A stretch of 64,000 nt of DNA, from positions 2,418,001 through 2,482,000 of the forward strand of contig OZ287067.1 of assembly GCA_965645245.1 (NCBI GenBank). The letters are read 5' to 3'. Source of the DNA: Massalongia carnosa (Eukaryota). The notes below the pieces were generated by a model, which was not told the origin of the DNA, ran no database searches, and saw nothing but the letters and a program-made list of their open reading frames with translations. The translations under genes and the position numbers were made by a program. Of the stretch, positions 10,895 to 23,308 are shown piece after piece (position 1 is the stretch's first letter; each line of letters starts with the position of its first letter).

Positions 10895-13800
10895 GCCCCT
10901 ACGAGGAAGAGAAGAATGGAGAACGACAAGAATGATGAATCCGGAGATTCGAGAAATGGCCTTCGCCAAGCCGGTGAGAGGTCGTCCACGCATCAGGACG
11001 CCAAGCACTAACGAAGAACTTCTCAACAATGACGATCAATTATGAGAGACACGAACACTCTCACAATTCTGCAGTACAACGTCAGGAAAAGTGCGAAAGG
11101 CACACTGATACCATTGCTTGCAGACGAGAAAACAAAGAATTTCGATATCATTGCTATTCAAGAACCATGGAAAAACCCTACAACGGCCCTACTACTCAAC
11201 CCCTATCAGAGCGGGTTTCACTTACTTTACAAATCCGGAGGAGACACACGCGTCTGCTTCTATATCAACGAGAAGATAGATCCAGAAAGTTGGGACGTGG
11301 AATATCCAACAGAAGATCTATGCACATTGAATATAGAAATCAGAATAGGAAGCGTGTTAAGAAAAATTCATATACACAACATCTACAATCCATCCCCGTT
11401 ATCTATCTCAGCGACGGATAGTCCGTCTACCCTACCGGCCGCCCTGCGTCAACTGAACGGGCCAGGAGAACACATCTTGCTAGGGGATTTCAACCTTCAT
11501 CATCCACATTGGGGAGGTGCGAGAGTGCGAGGTCAACACGAGGCGTCCGAACAGCTACTAGACATCATTGAAAGTAAAAATCTTTCGCTCACCCTGCCAA
11601 GAGGAACAGTGACATGGGAGGCAAGAAACTCATTCAGCACCATCGATCTGGTGTTCATGACGGAAGATCTCGTAGAAAGATTGGAACACTGTATCACAGT
11701 CCCGGAGCTGAATCAAGACTCAGATCACGTACCAATATCGACGAGGCTCCGCCTCACCTGTGAACCCCTTACGCCTCCCCGCCGAAGAGCCTGGAAACTC
11801 CTGGACATGAATAAACTGAGAGAAGTTGAGAGAAATGCCCCCACACCACGCGTCGTACGAGGCGCCAACGAAATTGATGCATACACTGCAGATATTCAAG
11901 ACTACCTCAAAAGAATCGTTCAGGAGGCGGTACCATGGGCTAAACCTAGTCCCCAGGCGAAGTCCTTCTGGAATAGAGAGTGCGAGGAGGCAACGAAGGA
12001 GACCCGCAGGCTTCGTAGGATCTGGACGGCGGAAAGAAATCTGTCAGACTGGAAAAACTACATCAGAATGAACGACAAAAAACAGAAAATCATCGGTAAG
12101 GCAAGAAATCTTCATTTCAGAGAACAAATGGCCGAAGTTGCAGCATCAAGAACAGGACTCTTCCGACTCGCAAAATGGGGCAAAGACAGAAGCGACGCAC
12201 CAAGAGAAATTCCAAAAATGCCCCCGTTAGCAACAGCACAAAATCCCAATACGATAGCAGACACGTTCGAGAAGAGAGTAAATATGCTGAAGAAGTCCTT
12301 CTTTCCCCCTCCTCCTAACGCGGATCTCGGGGATCTCGTAGGATATTCGTACCCTCCAACACCAGAATGTCCAGCACTGATAACGGAAGAAGAAGTGGCG
12401 GCGGCGCTGCGAAAGCCAAAGCCAGACAAAGCCCCAGGACCGGATGGAATCACAAATAGAATTCTCAAAGCCTGTTCAGAAAACCTAATCAAATTGCTGA
12501 CACCACTTTTTCAAGCATGTGTGAATGAAGGATATCATCCGAAAGTCTTTAAAATCGCCAACACTATCACGCTAAAGAAGCCAGGAAAAGGAAACTATAC
12601 GGATCCCAAGGCATGGAGACCCATAGCGTTGTTGAACACGTTGGGCAAAGCATTGGAATCCATTATAGCAAGGAAAATTAGCCATCTGACGGAAGAATTT
12701 AAACTGATCCCGGATACTCAAATGGGTGCAAGGCCGGGCCGCGGAACGGAAACAGCACTGGAGCTGCTCACTGAACAAGTGCACACCGTATGGAATCAGG
12801 GTAACGATAAAGTGGCATCTCTATTGAGCATAGACGTATCGGGAGCCTTTGACACCGTCTCTCATCGTAGGCTCATTCACAACATGAGAAAACGAAAGAT
12901 CCCAGAGTGGATAGCCAAATGGACGGATAGTTTCTTGAAAGAAAGAGAAACCACGCTCACGATTAATCAACGCACCACTAACGCATTTCCGCTGAGCATA
13001 GGAATCCCTCAGGGATCTCCTCTATCTCCCATTCTATATCTCTTTTACAATGCGGACCTCTTAGACATTTGCAATAGACCCAGCACAAACGCGGCAGGCA
13101 TAGGATTCGTAGACGACGTGAACATCCTGACATATGGCAAATCCACGGAAGAAAATTGCAAAACATTGAAAGAAATACACGAGAATTGCGAACGATGGGC
13201 GAAACGCCACGGCTCCGTGTTCGCGCCGCATAAATACGAGCTCATACATCTAGCAAAAAATCCCAAGAAATTCAATCTCGAAGCTTCCTTCACAGTAAAC
13301 GGCAAACTACTCAACGTCACGAAATCTGTACGAGTGCTGGGGGTGTACATAGACACGAGGCTCAATTGGTCGGCGCACTACAAAGAGATACAGAAGAAAA
13401 TGACGAGACAAACGAGAGCGCTGACTAGAATCGCCGCAGCCACTTGGGGTGCGACCCTCCTACAAGCCCGTCACGTGTACACGGCGGTGGTACGCCCGGC
13501 AATGACCCATGGTTCTCTGGTATGGCACACGCCGGAGGAAACACAAAAGCACGTCAAAGTCACGAGGAAAAGCAAACTCGAGATCGTACAAAACAAATGT
13601 TTACGAGTAGTAGCCGGAGCGTACAGGGCCACACCCATCGAGGTGTTACAGGCGGAAACATTCATCTGTCCATTGACGCAACATTTGGATCATCTGCAGG
13701 CCAAAGGTAGATCGAGGCTACAACACAACGGTCAGGCAAAAGTCATAGAACAGGCATGCGAGAAAATCAGAACGAGATTGAAAGGGAAAAGAGGGCGACA

Positions 13801-14682
13801 ACGGATTATTGGAGAAACACCGGGAGCTCGTAGACAGAGATGGGTGGCCAAGCTGACAGCTGAAGTATCAACAAAGAGAAAGCCCAAACGCACACCACCA
13901 TGGGAAAAAGCGGAGAATGCACAAGAGGAAAAACGAGCAGAATATGCCGCACTTCAAAGAGAAAGAGACGGAATCATAGCGAAACGATTTAAAGAAAAAT
14001 GGAAGGACAAATGGATAGCGTATCAATCAATACATACGCTTGATCCAACAATAGCACAGTCGGGTCCATTGCACAAAAACAGGTTGAACACGCACAAGCT
14101 GCTGAATAAGGCGCAAAGCTCCCTCGCAATTCAAATTAGAACAGAGAAAATCGGGTTAGCGAGTTTTCTATTCAAACGCAAGGTGCCAGACATTGAGTCC
14201 GCGGCCTGCCTGTGCGGAAGCCGCTTTCAAACGGCGAAACATGTGATAATGTTCTGCGGATTGCATAATAGAATCGATATGTTGCGTGCAGCTGGCTCGC
14301 TGGATTATCAAAAACTGATAACAGACCCCAAAGCGATCAAAATAATCACTGCATGGCTTATGCGTACGGGCATACTAACACAGTACACCATTGCCGCGCA
14401 AATGACGGAGCAATAATGAGAGGAGAATTGGTTTTTTCTTCTACTTATTTTCTTTTCTTCTCTTTTATTCTTGCACTTACTCAGGCGCATAACGGGTATA
14501 GCGGGTTTCCCAAACCGTAGAGATCAACCCGGGGAAAGAGCGAGTCCTCTACAAACCTGGTACGCAGGAGCAGTTTTTTACCCGTTCGGGTTTTCTGCCT
14601 TTATATAGCCTATGTAGTATCTCCCGCATGGGCCAGCTTCAGCTGGTGTCATATCGGCGTAAGAAAAATCAATCAATCAATC
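10895..14682 (+). mobile_element. Tad1-like LINE (non-LTR retrotransposon), 5'-truncated within ORF1
   Basis: 14-bp TSD AAATCATTGCTATC at 10881-10894 and 14683-14696. (AATC)n tail. The remnant ORF1 C-terminus ends at 11045. Confidence 0.95.
11042..14416 (+). CDS. LINE ORF2: APE endonuclease + reverse transcriptase + C-terminal CCHC, 1124 aa, intact
   Basis: QYNV, IQEP, GDFNLHH and SDH endonuclease motifs; KAPGPDG, PQGSPLSP and FVDD RT motifs; CLCG..QTAKHVIMFC. Confidence 0.97.
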   Translation: MRDTNTLTILQYNVRKSAKGTLIPLLADEKTKNFDIIAIQEPWKNPTTALLLNPYQSGFHLLYKSGGDTRVCFYINEKIDPESWDVEYPTEDLCTLNIEIRIGSVLRKIHIHNIYNPSPLSISATDSPSTLPAALRQLNGPGEHILLGDFNLHHPHWGGARVRGQHEASEQLLDIIESKNLSLTLPRGTVTWEARNSFSTIDLVFMTEDLVERLEHCITVPELNQDSDHVPISTRLRLTCEPLTPPRRRAWKLLDMNKLREVERNAPTPRVVRGANEIDAYTADIQDYLKRIVQEAVPWAKPSPQAKSFWNRECEEATKETRRLRRIWTAERNLSDWKNYIRMNDKKQKIIGKARNLHFREQMAEVAASRTGLFRLAKWGKDRSDAPREIPKMPPLATAQNPNTIADTFEKRVNMLKKSFFPPPPNADLGDLVGYSYPPTPECPALITEEEVAAALRKPKPDKAPGPDGITNRILKACSENLIKLLTPLFQACVNEGYHPKVFKIANTITLKKPGKGNYTDPKAWRPIALLNTLGKALESIIARKISHLTEEFKLIPDTQMGARPGRGTETALELLTEQVHTVWNQGNDKVASLLSIDVSGAFDTVSHRRLIHNMRKRKIPEWIAKWTDSFLKERETTLTINQRTTNAFPLSIGIPQGSPLSPILYLFYNADLLDICNRPSTNAAGIGFVDDVNILTYGKSTEENCKTLKEIHENCERWAKRHGSVFAPHKYELIHLAKNPKKFNLEASFTVNGKLLNVTKSVRVLGVYIDTRLNWSAHYKEIQKKMTRQTRALTRIAAATWGATLLQARHVYTAVVRPAMTHGSLVWHTPEETQKHVKVTRKSKLEIVQNKCLRVVAGAYRATPIEVLQAETFICPLTQHLDHLQAKGRSRLQHNGQAKVIEQACEKIRTRLKGKRGRQRIIGETPGARRQRWVAKLTAEVSTKRKPKRTPPWEKAENAQEEKRAEYAALQRERDGIIAKRFKEKWKDKWIAYQSIHTLDPTIAQSGPLHKNRLNTHKLLNKAQSSLAIQIRTEKIGLASFLFKRKVPDIESAACLCGSRFQTAKHVIMFCGLHNRIDMLRAAGSLDYQKLITDPKAIKIITAWLMRTGILTQYTIAAQMTEQ

Positions 14683-14706
14683 AAATCATTGCTATCTATA
14701 TCTACA

Positions 14707-16763
14707 ATGGATTCTGTATCCGTACAAACACGTATTAGTGATGCTAAAACATTCTTGTTGGAAAATCCTGACGAACGAACTGCATGCGCAGCTCAGATAT
14801 TCAAAATTCGGCCTACAACGTTGTACAGCTCTATTGCGACTGATAAGAAATCTTCTTTTTCTGATATGAAATCTCCTTCTAACAAGAACTCTTCTTCCAG
14901 TGCAAAAAGTGCAAGAGGTGGACAAAACAAGATACTTGAGGAGCATCAAGTAAAAGCGATTCATCACTTTATTCGATCCTTACTTGCACAGGGTATTCAA
15001 CCATCGCATGGAGTTGTATTCAATGCAATTGTCAGTTTAAAACGCGGGCAAAATCCTGAGTCGAGTGGACCTACTCTACGCTGGTTCAGAACATGGTGGA
15101 AAAAGAATAACCTACACAAGATCAAGACTAAGCCATTAGCAATGATACGATTCACCGCTGCACAAGAGAAGGATTTACAAGCATGGTTTGTAGATTATAG
15201 ACAAGCTTTAAAGACGTTACAGATCAAAACAAAGAAGAATATTGTCAATTTCGATGAGGCAGGCTTTCGTGTTGGGTGTATGAAAGGGCATCAAATTCTG
15301 GCACCCACAGACGTATTAGAAGTTAGATTCTATATTCTTATTCATTTATTCAGCAAGTTAAATATATATTTTAGTTCTATGCGACAAGTCCTGAAAATCG
15401 TAAATCTCTCACGATATTTGAATGCATCAATGCAGCGGGCGACTATCCTCCACCACCTTTAATTCTTATACAAGGACATGAAATCATGATGGACTGGTTT
15501 TCAAAAGAGCTGCCAAAGGGAACTCGAATTATACCTTCAGAAAACGGATTTACCTCTGACAAGATAGCACAGGTATTTCTTCAGCATTATATTGATCATT
15601 CAGACTCTGGGCCAGAAGCAGACTGGAAAATAATGCTCATGGATAATCATGGCAGTCATTGTACTCCTGAGTTCATAGCTCTTGCTAATATAAATCATAT
15701 TCGTCCTTATCCACTTATACCGCACCTTACAGACTGTATGCAGCCGCTTGATGTTGGAGTATTTCGACCTTATAAACACTGGCATGATATGGCAGTTCAA
15801 GATGCTCTACTGGAATTTAATGTTGAGTCTACATTACAGCGATTTCTTGCGGATCTTACCAAGATACGTGATAATACTTTCAAGAAATGTACTATTCGAA
15901 GTGCTTTTGAGAAATCAGGAATGTGGCCTGTTAATGCTAAAAACTGCATCTCACTGCTTAAAACTTTCAAGCCGCCTGATGCTCAAGAAAAGCTACACAA
16001 TAAAGAAAAAGAGCCTACTCTTCCAATCTTGCCTCATATTCAGCCAACATCCTCAATGGATGTTGAAATAGGACTTCAAACATGGCAGAAGAAAATTCAA
16101 CAAGGAATGTTGTGGAGTGATCCGGCTCGCTCAGAGCAATTTGAGTCGTTTGTTAATGATACAAAAACCGTTTGTACACAAGCTACGTTTAATGATATTC
16201 AATTATCTATATATCAGAAAAGAAGAGAAGATGATTTAAAACAGAAATCTACCTCTCGTAAGCGATTACGAACCTTAGGTTCAGGATTAGGGCTTACTAA
16301 AGAGAATGCTGAGGAGATGATTGCAGCAAAGGAAAAACAAGCTAAAGAAACAGAAGCAAAGAAGCAGCATCAGACATGGATGAAGATTTGGCGTATGGAA
16401 AGAGACGCCAAATATGCCGAAGGAGTGATTGCTCGAAAGCAAGAAAGAAATCGTTTACAACAAATTAAAGAGCTTTCAAAACAAGATCTTGCTATTTCCT
16501 CCGAGCATCTTATTCCTATTCCCGATCCCGAAGCAATTTGGAAGGCAACGGATGCTACTTGGCAAGAAGAAGAGAGAAAGAAAGCGAAAAAGACTAAATC
16601 TCAAGTATATAATGAAGATGAAGATGAAGATGAGGCGGAGACAACATTCATCACAGATGTTACAGTTGGTTCTTCTTTGCAAAGAGATTTTCTGCCGTTT
16701 GATGAAGACGATACTGATGGAGGCAACGAGTCTGACAATGATGTACAATACAAGAACAATTAG
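14707..16763 (+). CDS. pogo/Fot1 transposase of element D, one intron (15322-15374)
   Basis: MDSVSVQ start. Removing GTTAGA..TTTTAG joins VLE to FYATSPENRKS, collinear with the copy A protein. NFDEAGF, MDNHGSH and QPLDVGVF present. Confidence 0.9.
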
Positions 16764-17852
16764 GATATTACTAGGTTTCAGCTCTTTATTAAAGCGGCAA
16801 TAGTAATTTAATGATATGATAATAAATAATAATGTGATAGTAAATGTAATAGTAATTTAAATGATGCGGTGGTGCTTTAGTGATGTGGTGGTGGTTTAAC
16901 GTTGCGAGCCTACGTGCCTACGAAGCTTCGCTTTCCCCGACTAGAAGCGAATGCTTCTTGGAGGGAGAGGATTAAGCGAGCGACTAGCCGACGATTACTT
17001 TCCGTGAAAATACGTGAATACAGACTTGACAAACGTTTCATGACTGAAACCTGATCTCATTCTAGATCTTACAGGAATTGTATAGGCACACAAGATGCCG
17101 CCCTCAGTTCTTCTCTTATGATCTCTTTATCAATTCAATGACATCATCGGACGGCAAACTGGGAATCAGCCTGAGACTAATTGCAGATACTGCAGGGGCC
17201 TGGAAGCTCAAAATGAGCCCAACTTGAAGGCAAACTCAACATTCCCAAACATTAAACCCTACTCCGTACACTAGTCAGATCTAGATAAAATCAACACACT
17301 CCCCCATTGTGCTAGCGCTGTCTGCTTTGCATCTGCTTTGCAGTGTAACTGGTTACAGAGTACAGAGTACTTCGTACCTACGTTGCACAAATCCAGGTGT
17401 GATGGACATCGTGCATGCTCGTTGCCCCGCTTTTCCTCCGAGAAAAGGTTCAACACTGAGGCTTGAAAGCCAGTCACCCGCAGAAGCTCCTCTGTTTGGT
17501 GCAGGAAATGCCGGGCATGACACATAACGATGGCTAATAGGGAATGAGGATGGAAAAGTGGCGTGGTATGGTGATGCGCTGAAGTGCTGAATGGGGCCTC
17601 ATCGTCTTTTATACCTTGCTCTCCTGCAGTGTTCCTTATCTTCAGTCTCGGCCGATGCAACATGCACTGGATGAAACTTGATTTGGGGCCGTACCACCGT
17701 ACTCGAACCTGGCCCTGTTGAGCTCGACCTTCCACTCACCACGCGCTTACCCTCCCATTGATAACTATAATAATCGTAATAGATTTGGCCATTCTTCTTA
17801 CTTGATAAAACTTCCAGTCTCCTTGTGCTCGTTGTCGAAACCCAAGCTCATC

Positions 17853-20646
17853 ATGCGGAAACCTACGGGAATTTATCTGCTGGCTGTGGTCCCTTGTGTT
17901 GCTGGTTTTGAGAATAAACTTCAGATCCCACTCTCGATCCCAGCTACTACTTCTCATGCTAGCAGCTGTGATGACGGGCTTCCTTTCCACGCTTCGGGAG
18001 CTCTGAATTCAGCGGCGTCAGCAGTTTCATATAGCGTCTCGAAGGACGACTCTTATTGGCTTGAGAATATCCAACACCGAGGCATTGCAGCCTTCAATCC
18101 TGTCAGCACCTACCAAGTATTTCGCAACGTGAAAGACTTTGGGGCCAAAGGGTTATTCAGACAGTGGATCCATTGACGTCTATGAAGACTGACTGTGCTA
18201 TCAGGGATGGCGTGACTGACGATACAGCAGCCATCAACCTTGCTATCAGCAGCGGCAATCGATGTGCTCCCGGAAAATGCGAATCCTCTACCATCACTCC
18301 TGCTGTTGTTTATTTTCCAGCCGGCAACTATTCTATCTCTTCGTCCATCATAGATTATTACTACACACAGATCATCGGTAATCCTAACGATCTCCCAATA
18401 TTACGGGCTACCGCTGGCTTTACTGGCTTCGGGGTCATTGATGGCAATCAGTACCAAGCGGGCGGTGTGCTTGGTTTTGGTTCAACCAATGTCTTCTTCA
18501 GACAAATCAGAAATCTCATCATAGACTTAACCGCCATCCCAGCTAGTAAGAGTGCTACGGGTATTCATTGGCCCACATCTCAAGCAACTAGTTTACAAAA
18601 TATCATCTTTTACATGAGCGATGCGCTCGGAACACAACACCAAGGATTGTTCGTCGAAAGTGGTAAGTCTCCAATCTTGAATAAAACTGAAACGGCATGA
18701 GCTTTATTATATCTTGAAAGAACGTTGAAATAGGTTTACCAACGTTCATAACTTAGGGTCCGCTGGTTTTGTAAATGATTTGATCTTCTATGGCGGGCTC
18801 GCCGGGGCTGTTCTTGGAAACCAGCAGTATACGATGCGAAATCTTTCATTCTACAATGCTGTCACCGCTATTAACCAGCTCTGGTCCTGGGGCTGGACTT
18901 ATCAGTCCATCACGATACAAAATTGTAGCGTTGGTCTTGATTTGACTTCGGGTGGGCACGATGCCCAAGCTATAGGCTCTGTTACCATTGTCGACAGCTA
19001 TTTCAAAGATACCCCCCTGGCCTTTAACACTTCCCATGATGCATCCTCTTCGCCAGCAGCAGGAGGAAGTCTTATTCTTGAGAATATTAAGGTTGAGAAT
19101 GTACCAATTATCGTAAAACGTCCTGGTGGTGTTACCGCTCTGCAAGGTAGCACGGGAGTATTAACAGTTCCTGCCTGGGGACAGGGACATTCCTACGCCC
19201 CCAATGGACCCAAAGACTTCCAAGGACCCATTAATCCTCCAACCAGACCGGCATCTCTTCTAAGTGGCAATGCCTACTACCAACGCTCAAAGCCTCAATA
19301 CGCTGATTTGGCCGTATCCCAGGTCATTAGTGCGCGCTCCAAGGGTGCCAGAGGAGATGGAATCGCCGATGATACGGCAATTTTGCAGCAACTGCTTCTT
19401 TCTGCTGTTAAAACCAAGAGTCTGGTTTTCTTTGACGCAGGGACCTACAAGGTGACGAACACCCTTTACGTGCCTCCGGGTTCCAGGATCGTTGGCGAGA
19501 GCTACTCGGTCATCCTATCTAGCGGAAATCATTTTGAAGATCTCACCGCGCCGAAACCAGTAGTGAAAGTTGGGCATGCTGGCGAGAAAGGCATTGTTGA
19601 ATGGTCGGACATGATCGTAAGCACTCAGGGGCCTCAGGCGGGAGCGATTCTTATTGAGTGGAACTTGGCGTCAACTGGAGCACCTTCCGGGATGTGGGAT
19701 GTGCATACGAGGATTGGCGGGTTCGCCGGCTCCGAGCTCCAGGTAGCGCAGTGTCCAACCACTCCGAAAACGCATATTACCCCTGCCGATGTTAACAAGC
19801 TGTGCATCGGAGCGTACATGTCTATGTACGTTTCGAGGTCGGCGGCAAACCTTTACTTGGAGAATGTGTGGCTCTGGAGCGCGGATCATGACCTAGATGA
19901 TCCCACAAGTACTCAAATAACCGTCTACTCCGGCCGGGGATTATTAATAGATGGGTCGGCAGGTAAAATATGGCTGTAAGCAAGCTTGCTAAGATCGTTG
20001 CCTTTGTTTCTTGGTCTTTTTAACCCCGTGATTTAGGGTCGGAACCGGAGTCGAACATCATGTGTTCTATCAGTACCAGTTCGCAAATACGCACAGCATT
20101 TTTGCAGGGCAGATACAAACGGAGACTCCGTGAGCGCAATCAGAAATGCAGTAGAGATCCTTGAACGTTAACAGCCAATAGCTACTATCAGCCGAACCCT
20201 AATGCTACCGTTCCATTCCCCATCGTTAGAAGGCTTCAGGATCCCAATTTCCCAGCATCTTGTGCGGGCCAGAGTGGTAATTGTGCCACAGCCTGGGGGC
20301 TTCGAATTATTAATTCGAACAATATATCTATCTATGGCGCGGGACTCTATTCGTTCTTTGACAACTACAATACTTGTAAGTTTACGTCCGGGAAGGATGA
20401 TAGTCACGTTCCACAAATCTCTTGGGCTTACGTACATATGCAGCTTGTTCTGCAGCCGGGAACGGTGAGGTGTGTCAATCTGAGATTTTTAGTCTCGAAG
20501 GCACGGCCTTGAAGGACATCCACATATACAATCTCAATACCATCGGCGCTACAAGTATGATCAACAAAGACCGACAGAGTTTGGCCAGCTACGCGGATAA
20601 TGTCAACGTCTTCCCGGATACCATTGCTTTGTTTTATAGTAATTAA
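17853..20646 (+). CDS. GH55 exo-beta-1,3-glucanase (ExgA/Lam55A-like), secreted, multi-exon
   Basis: Signal peptide. YWLENIQHRG, VFRNVKDFGAKGDGVTDDT, IHWPTSQATSLQN, second GARGDGIADDT repeat, MWDVHTRIGG, WLWSADHDLD, GTGVEH and QTET motifs. Confidence 0.95.
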
Positions 20647-21380
20647 CTAAAGGCTAGCAAGCTTTGTCGAAATCTTGTATATAGAGCTGAGCGTTTCGCG
20701 TTTCAACTGGAGTTGCTTGAAATACCAGATGAAAAGCAAGATTGTCTCTCTAAACTTCGTACAGCATGCGATAACGCTCGGGCTTCTAGCTAGCAAATGA
20801 AAACAATGACTTGCATGAAGCCGGTTGATATTTGAAAACTGCTTCATCTAGTGGACTTTCAAGAGTCTTTGGGCTTCGACTCGACTGCCATGCAAATAAA
20901 TGTAACACCTGCAGCACGTACAGCACCACAGGAGAAGCCTAACAAGATGATTTTCCCGCTCCCAACGCCAAACGTTACTCATGAAACTAAAATAAGACAA
21001 GTCAACTTTAATTAAGCTGGTGTTGCTACGGGACCCACGGCAAATGACAATTTTTCAAATAGGGCCATTGGGTTGATGTTTCTGGTGAGTAGTTCGTGGT
21101 GGATTGGGCGATAGCACCAGCGCAGCTAAAGAGTGACATATCTGCACACGTATCTATGTATAACTTTCACGATTGAATTTCCCACCTACTTCCAACTTTC
21201 CCGAATGAAAATCTCCTTTCAGGCCTTTTCCCCTTTTAGCTACGACTAACCCATCATACCCCCCCTCCCGTGACTTCATCATCGCTTGAAATCTGTACCT
21301 TTGAAGCCATGCAGCGCAATCGCCATCCAAGCCCGTACCTCGCATGTGGCCGGGTCTTGATCGGGAGCTACGGCAAGGCA

Positions 21381-23308
21381 TTATCTAAGGTCTTCATGTT
21401 CCGCGTTCTCCAGGGCTTGCATCGTAAGCGAATACCTTGCGCTCTTCGTTGCTAGGCGCGTGATGTTTTTACCGGCCTCTTTCCAGAAATTACACGCCTT
21501 GTTTGTGTTGATAAGGTCCTTGGTGATGGGCTGGAAGAATATGGTCTTGGCAGGGAGGATGTTAGGGATCCACACCGTTTTCATCACCCGATGGAGGTTG
21601 TTGCTATCGTTGCTCGCGACTCCCCATTCCGGAGTGCCGGGAACTCGGCCTGGGTTCGGATTCCCGTGGATAGCATGGGAGGCGAAGTAGGCCTGGAACT
21701 TGGGGGCGAAGTTGTCGAAGACCCTGGCGACGGTGTTGGCTACAATGTTTGACGTATTAAGCGCCTGCTTGACTGCCGCGGCAACGTCAATGTAGGAGTT
21801 CCAATATAGCGGGAAGAGGTCGGCGCCATGGAAAGCAAGGTCGTAGTTTTGGAAAATGTTGTATTGCAGCATGTAGGTATTGGCTTTGTCGTGGTAAGCG
21901 TCATAGATATCACGCGTGTTACAGGTAAAGACCGCGTCTCGGATGACGTCTGCAACACGCTCGGTCTGATTGCCCCAGTAAGGGAAGCCTTTGGCAGGGT
22001 ATTTCGCTTGCACGGCAGTTCTCAAGTCCTTCAATTCGTCCTCGGGGAAAAAATCCAGGAGGAATTTATCGAATGTGCTCACGTCAGTGATATGCTTTGG
22101 GACAAACTTGCCACTCTCGTCATGCACATGGGATACAATAATGGATTCGATGCCTTTCCAGTAATTTCCTTGAGAAGATATTAGCTTTTGGTCACGAAAG
22201 GAAATCCCTGCTAGAGGTGTATACCTTCACTGAGTGCTACCACAGGAAGTTGTTTGATGAGCTTGCCATCGATGGCTGGTCCGACTGGGAACAGTCCTGT
22301 GCAAGGTTTGGTGGTCTGAAATAGCTGTTGATTCGCAATGGCCAATGTACTACTGTTTTTTTTTTGCAAACATTCTATGCTGTGATCGCTGCAATTGGCA
22401 AGCTCAGCAAAATCATTGTAGACTTTATCTAATGTCCCAGTGCGACTCCATTGCCACTGAAAGGCAGGACTCTGAAGAATCGCCTTCGAAAAAAGGGGAT
22501 CCGTTTTGCCGTCATTCTGGATCAAATGATGAAGAATGGATCCTGCACCCGCAGACTCTCCCCACACGCTGACTTTGGAATTGTCGCCACCTACCAGATG
22601 AACGTAATCACGAACCCACTCCAGTGTGAGACGTTGATCGTAGAGACCGGCGTTGGGAAGTGCATTTTCCTCCATATAGGAGCCTGCCAACCAGCCAAAT
22701 GCACCAACCCGGTAATTTCCGGCAATGTAGATGACCTTACCATTGTTGGCGGCTGCAGCCTGTAGTACACCAGTTCCGTTATAGAATGGAAGACCGAAAG
22801 AGTTCTTGGAGCCGAAGAGGTATGCACCGCCAAAAAACCAAACAATCACTGGGAGGGGTACAGCGTCGGGCTTAAAGGCAGCGTGAGGTACGTAGATGTC
22901 CAGGAACAAACAGTCCTCACTAGGAGGATCTAATGGTTCAGGGGCAGTATTTGGCGCGCCTATGGTTTCCCCCTTATTGCAAGGGCGTGTAATATCAACT
23001 TGATAGCAGACTGGCCCGTAGCTGCTGTCCTGAACTGTACTATTGTCCTTGATTGGGGCTGGATAAGAGGAAGCTTTGAACCGCGAGGTTCCATTGGTTG
23101 TACGTCCAAAGCGTACGTTTGAGAAGGTGAAAAACTGTTTATTGCTTTCAGCAAAGGTTCAGTGTCTCTATATTACGGCACTCACATCTCCCTTGGAATC
23201 GTAGCTGGTGGCTTGCCATGTTCCCCATGGAAGTGTCAGCTTTGGGTAGTCAACTGTAGCACTGATCAGAGGGCTCAAGAGTCCGAGGAGAAAGAGGGTG
23301 CCGAGCAT
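21381..23308 (-). CDS. Secreted type-B carboxylesterase/lipase, multi-exon
   Basis: Signal peptide MLGTLFLLGLLSPLISA; SEDCLFLDIYVP, FGGAY, NYRVGAFG, NAGLYDQ, GESAG (catalytic Ser) and HGAD. Confidence 0.93.

Larger units (their letters stand above)
10803..16995 (+). mobile_element. pogo/Fot1 transposon D (relative of A/B) carrying a LINE insertion
   Basis: Termini TA-ATCGTCGGC (10801-10811) and GCCGACGAT-TA (16988-16997). Inner TIR 10812-10880 is the inverse of ~16810-16878. The left TIR lacks ~110 bp present in the right one. Confidence 0.88.
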
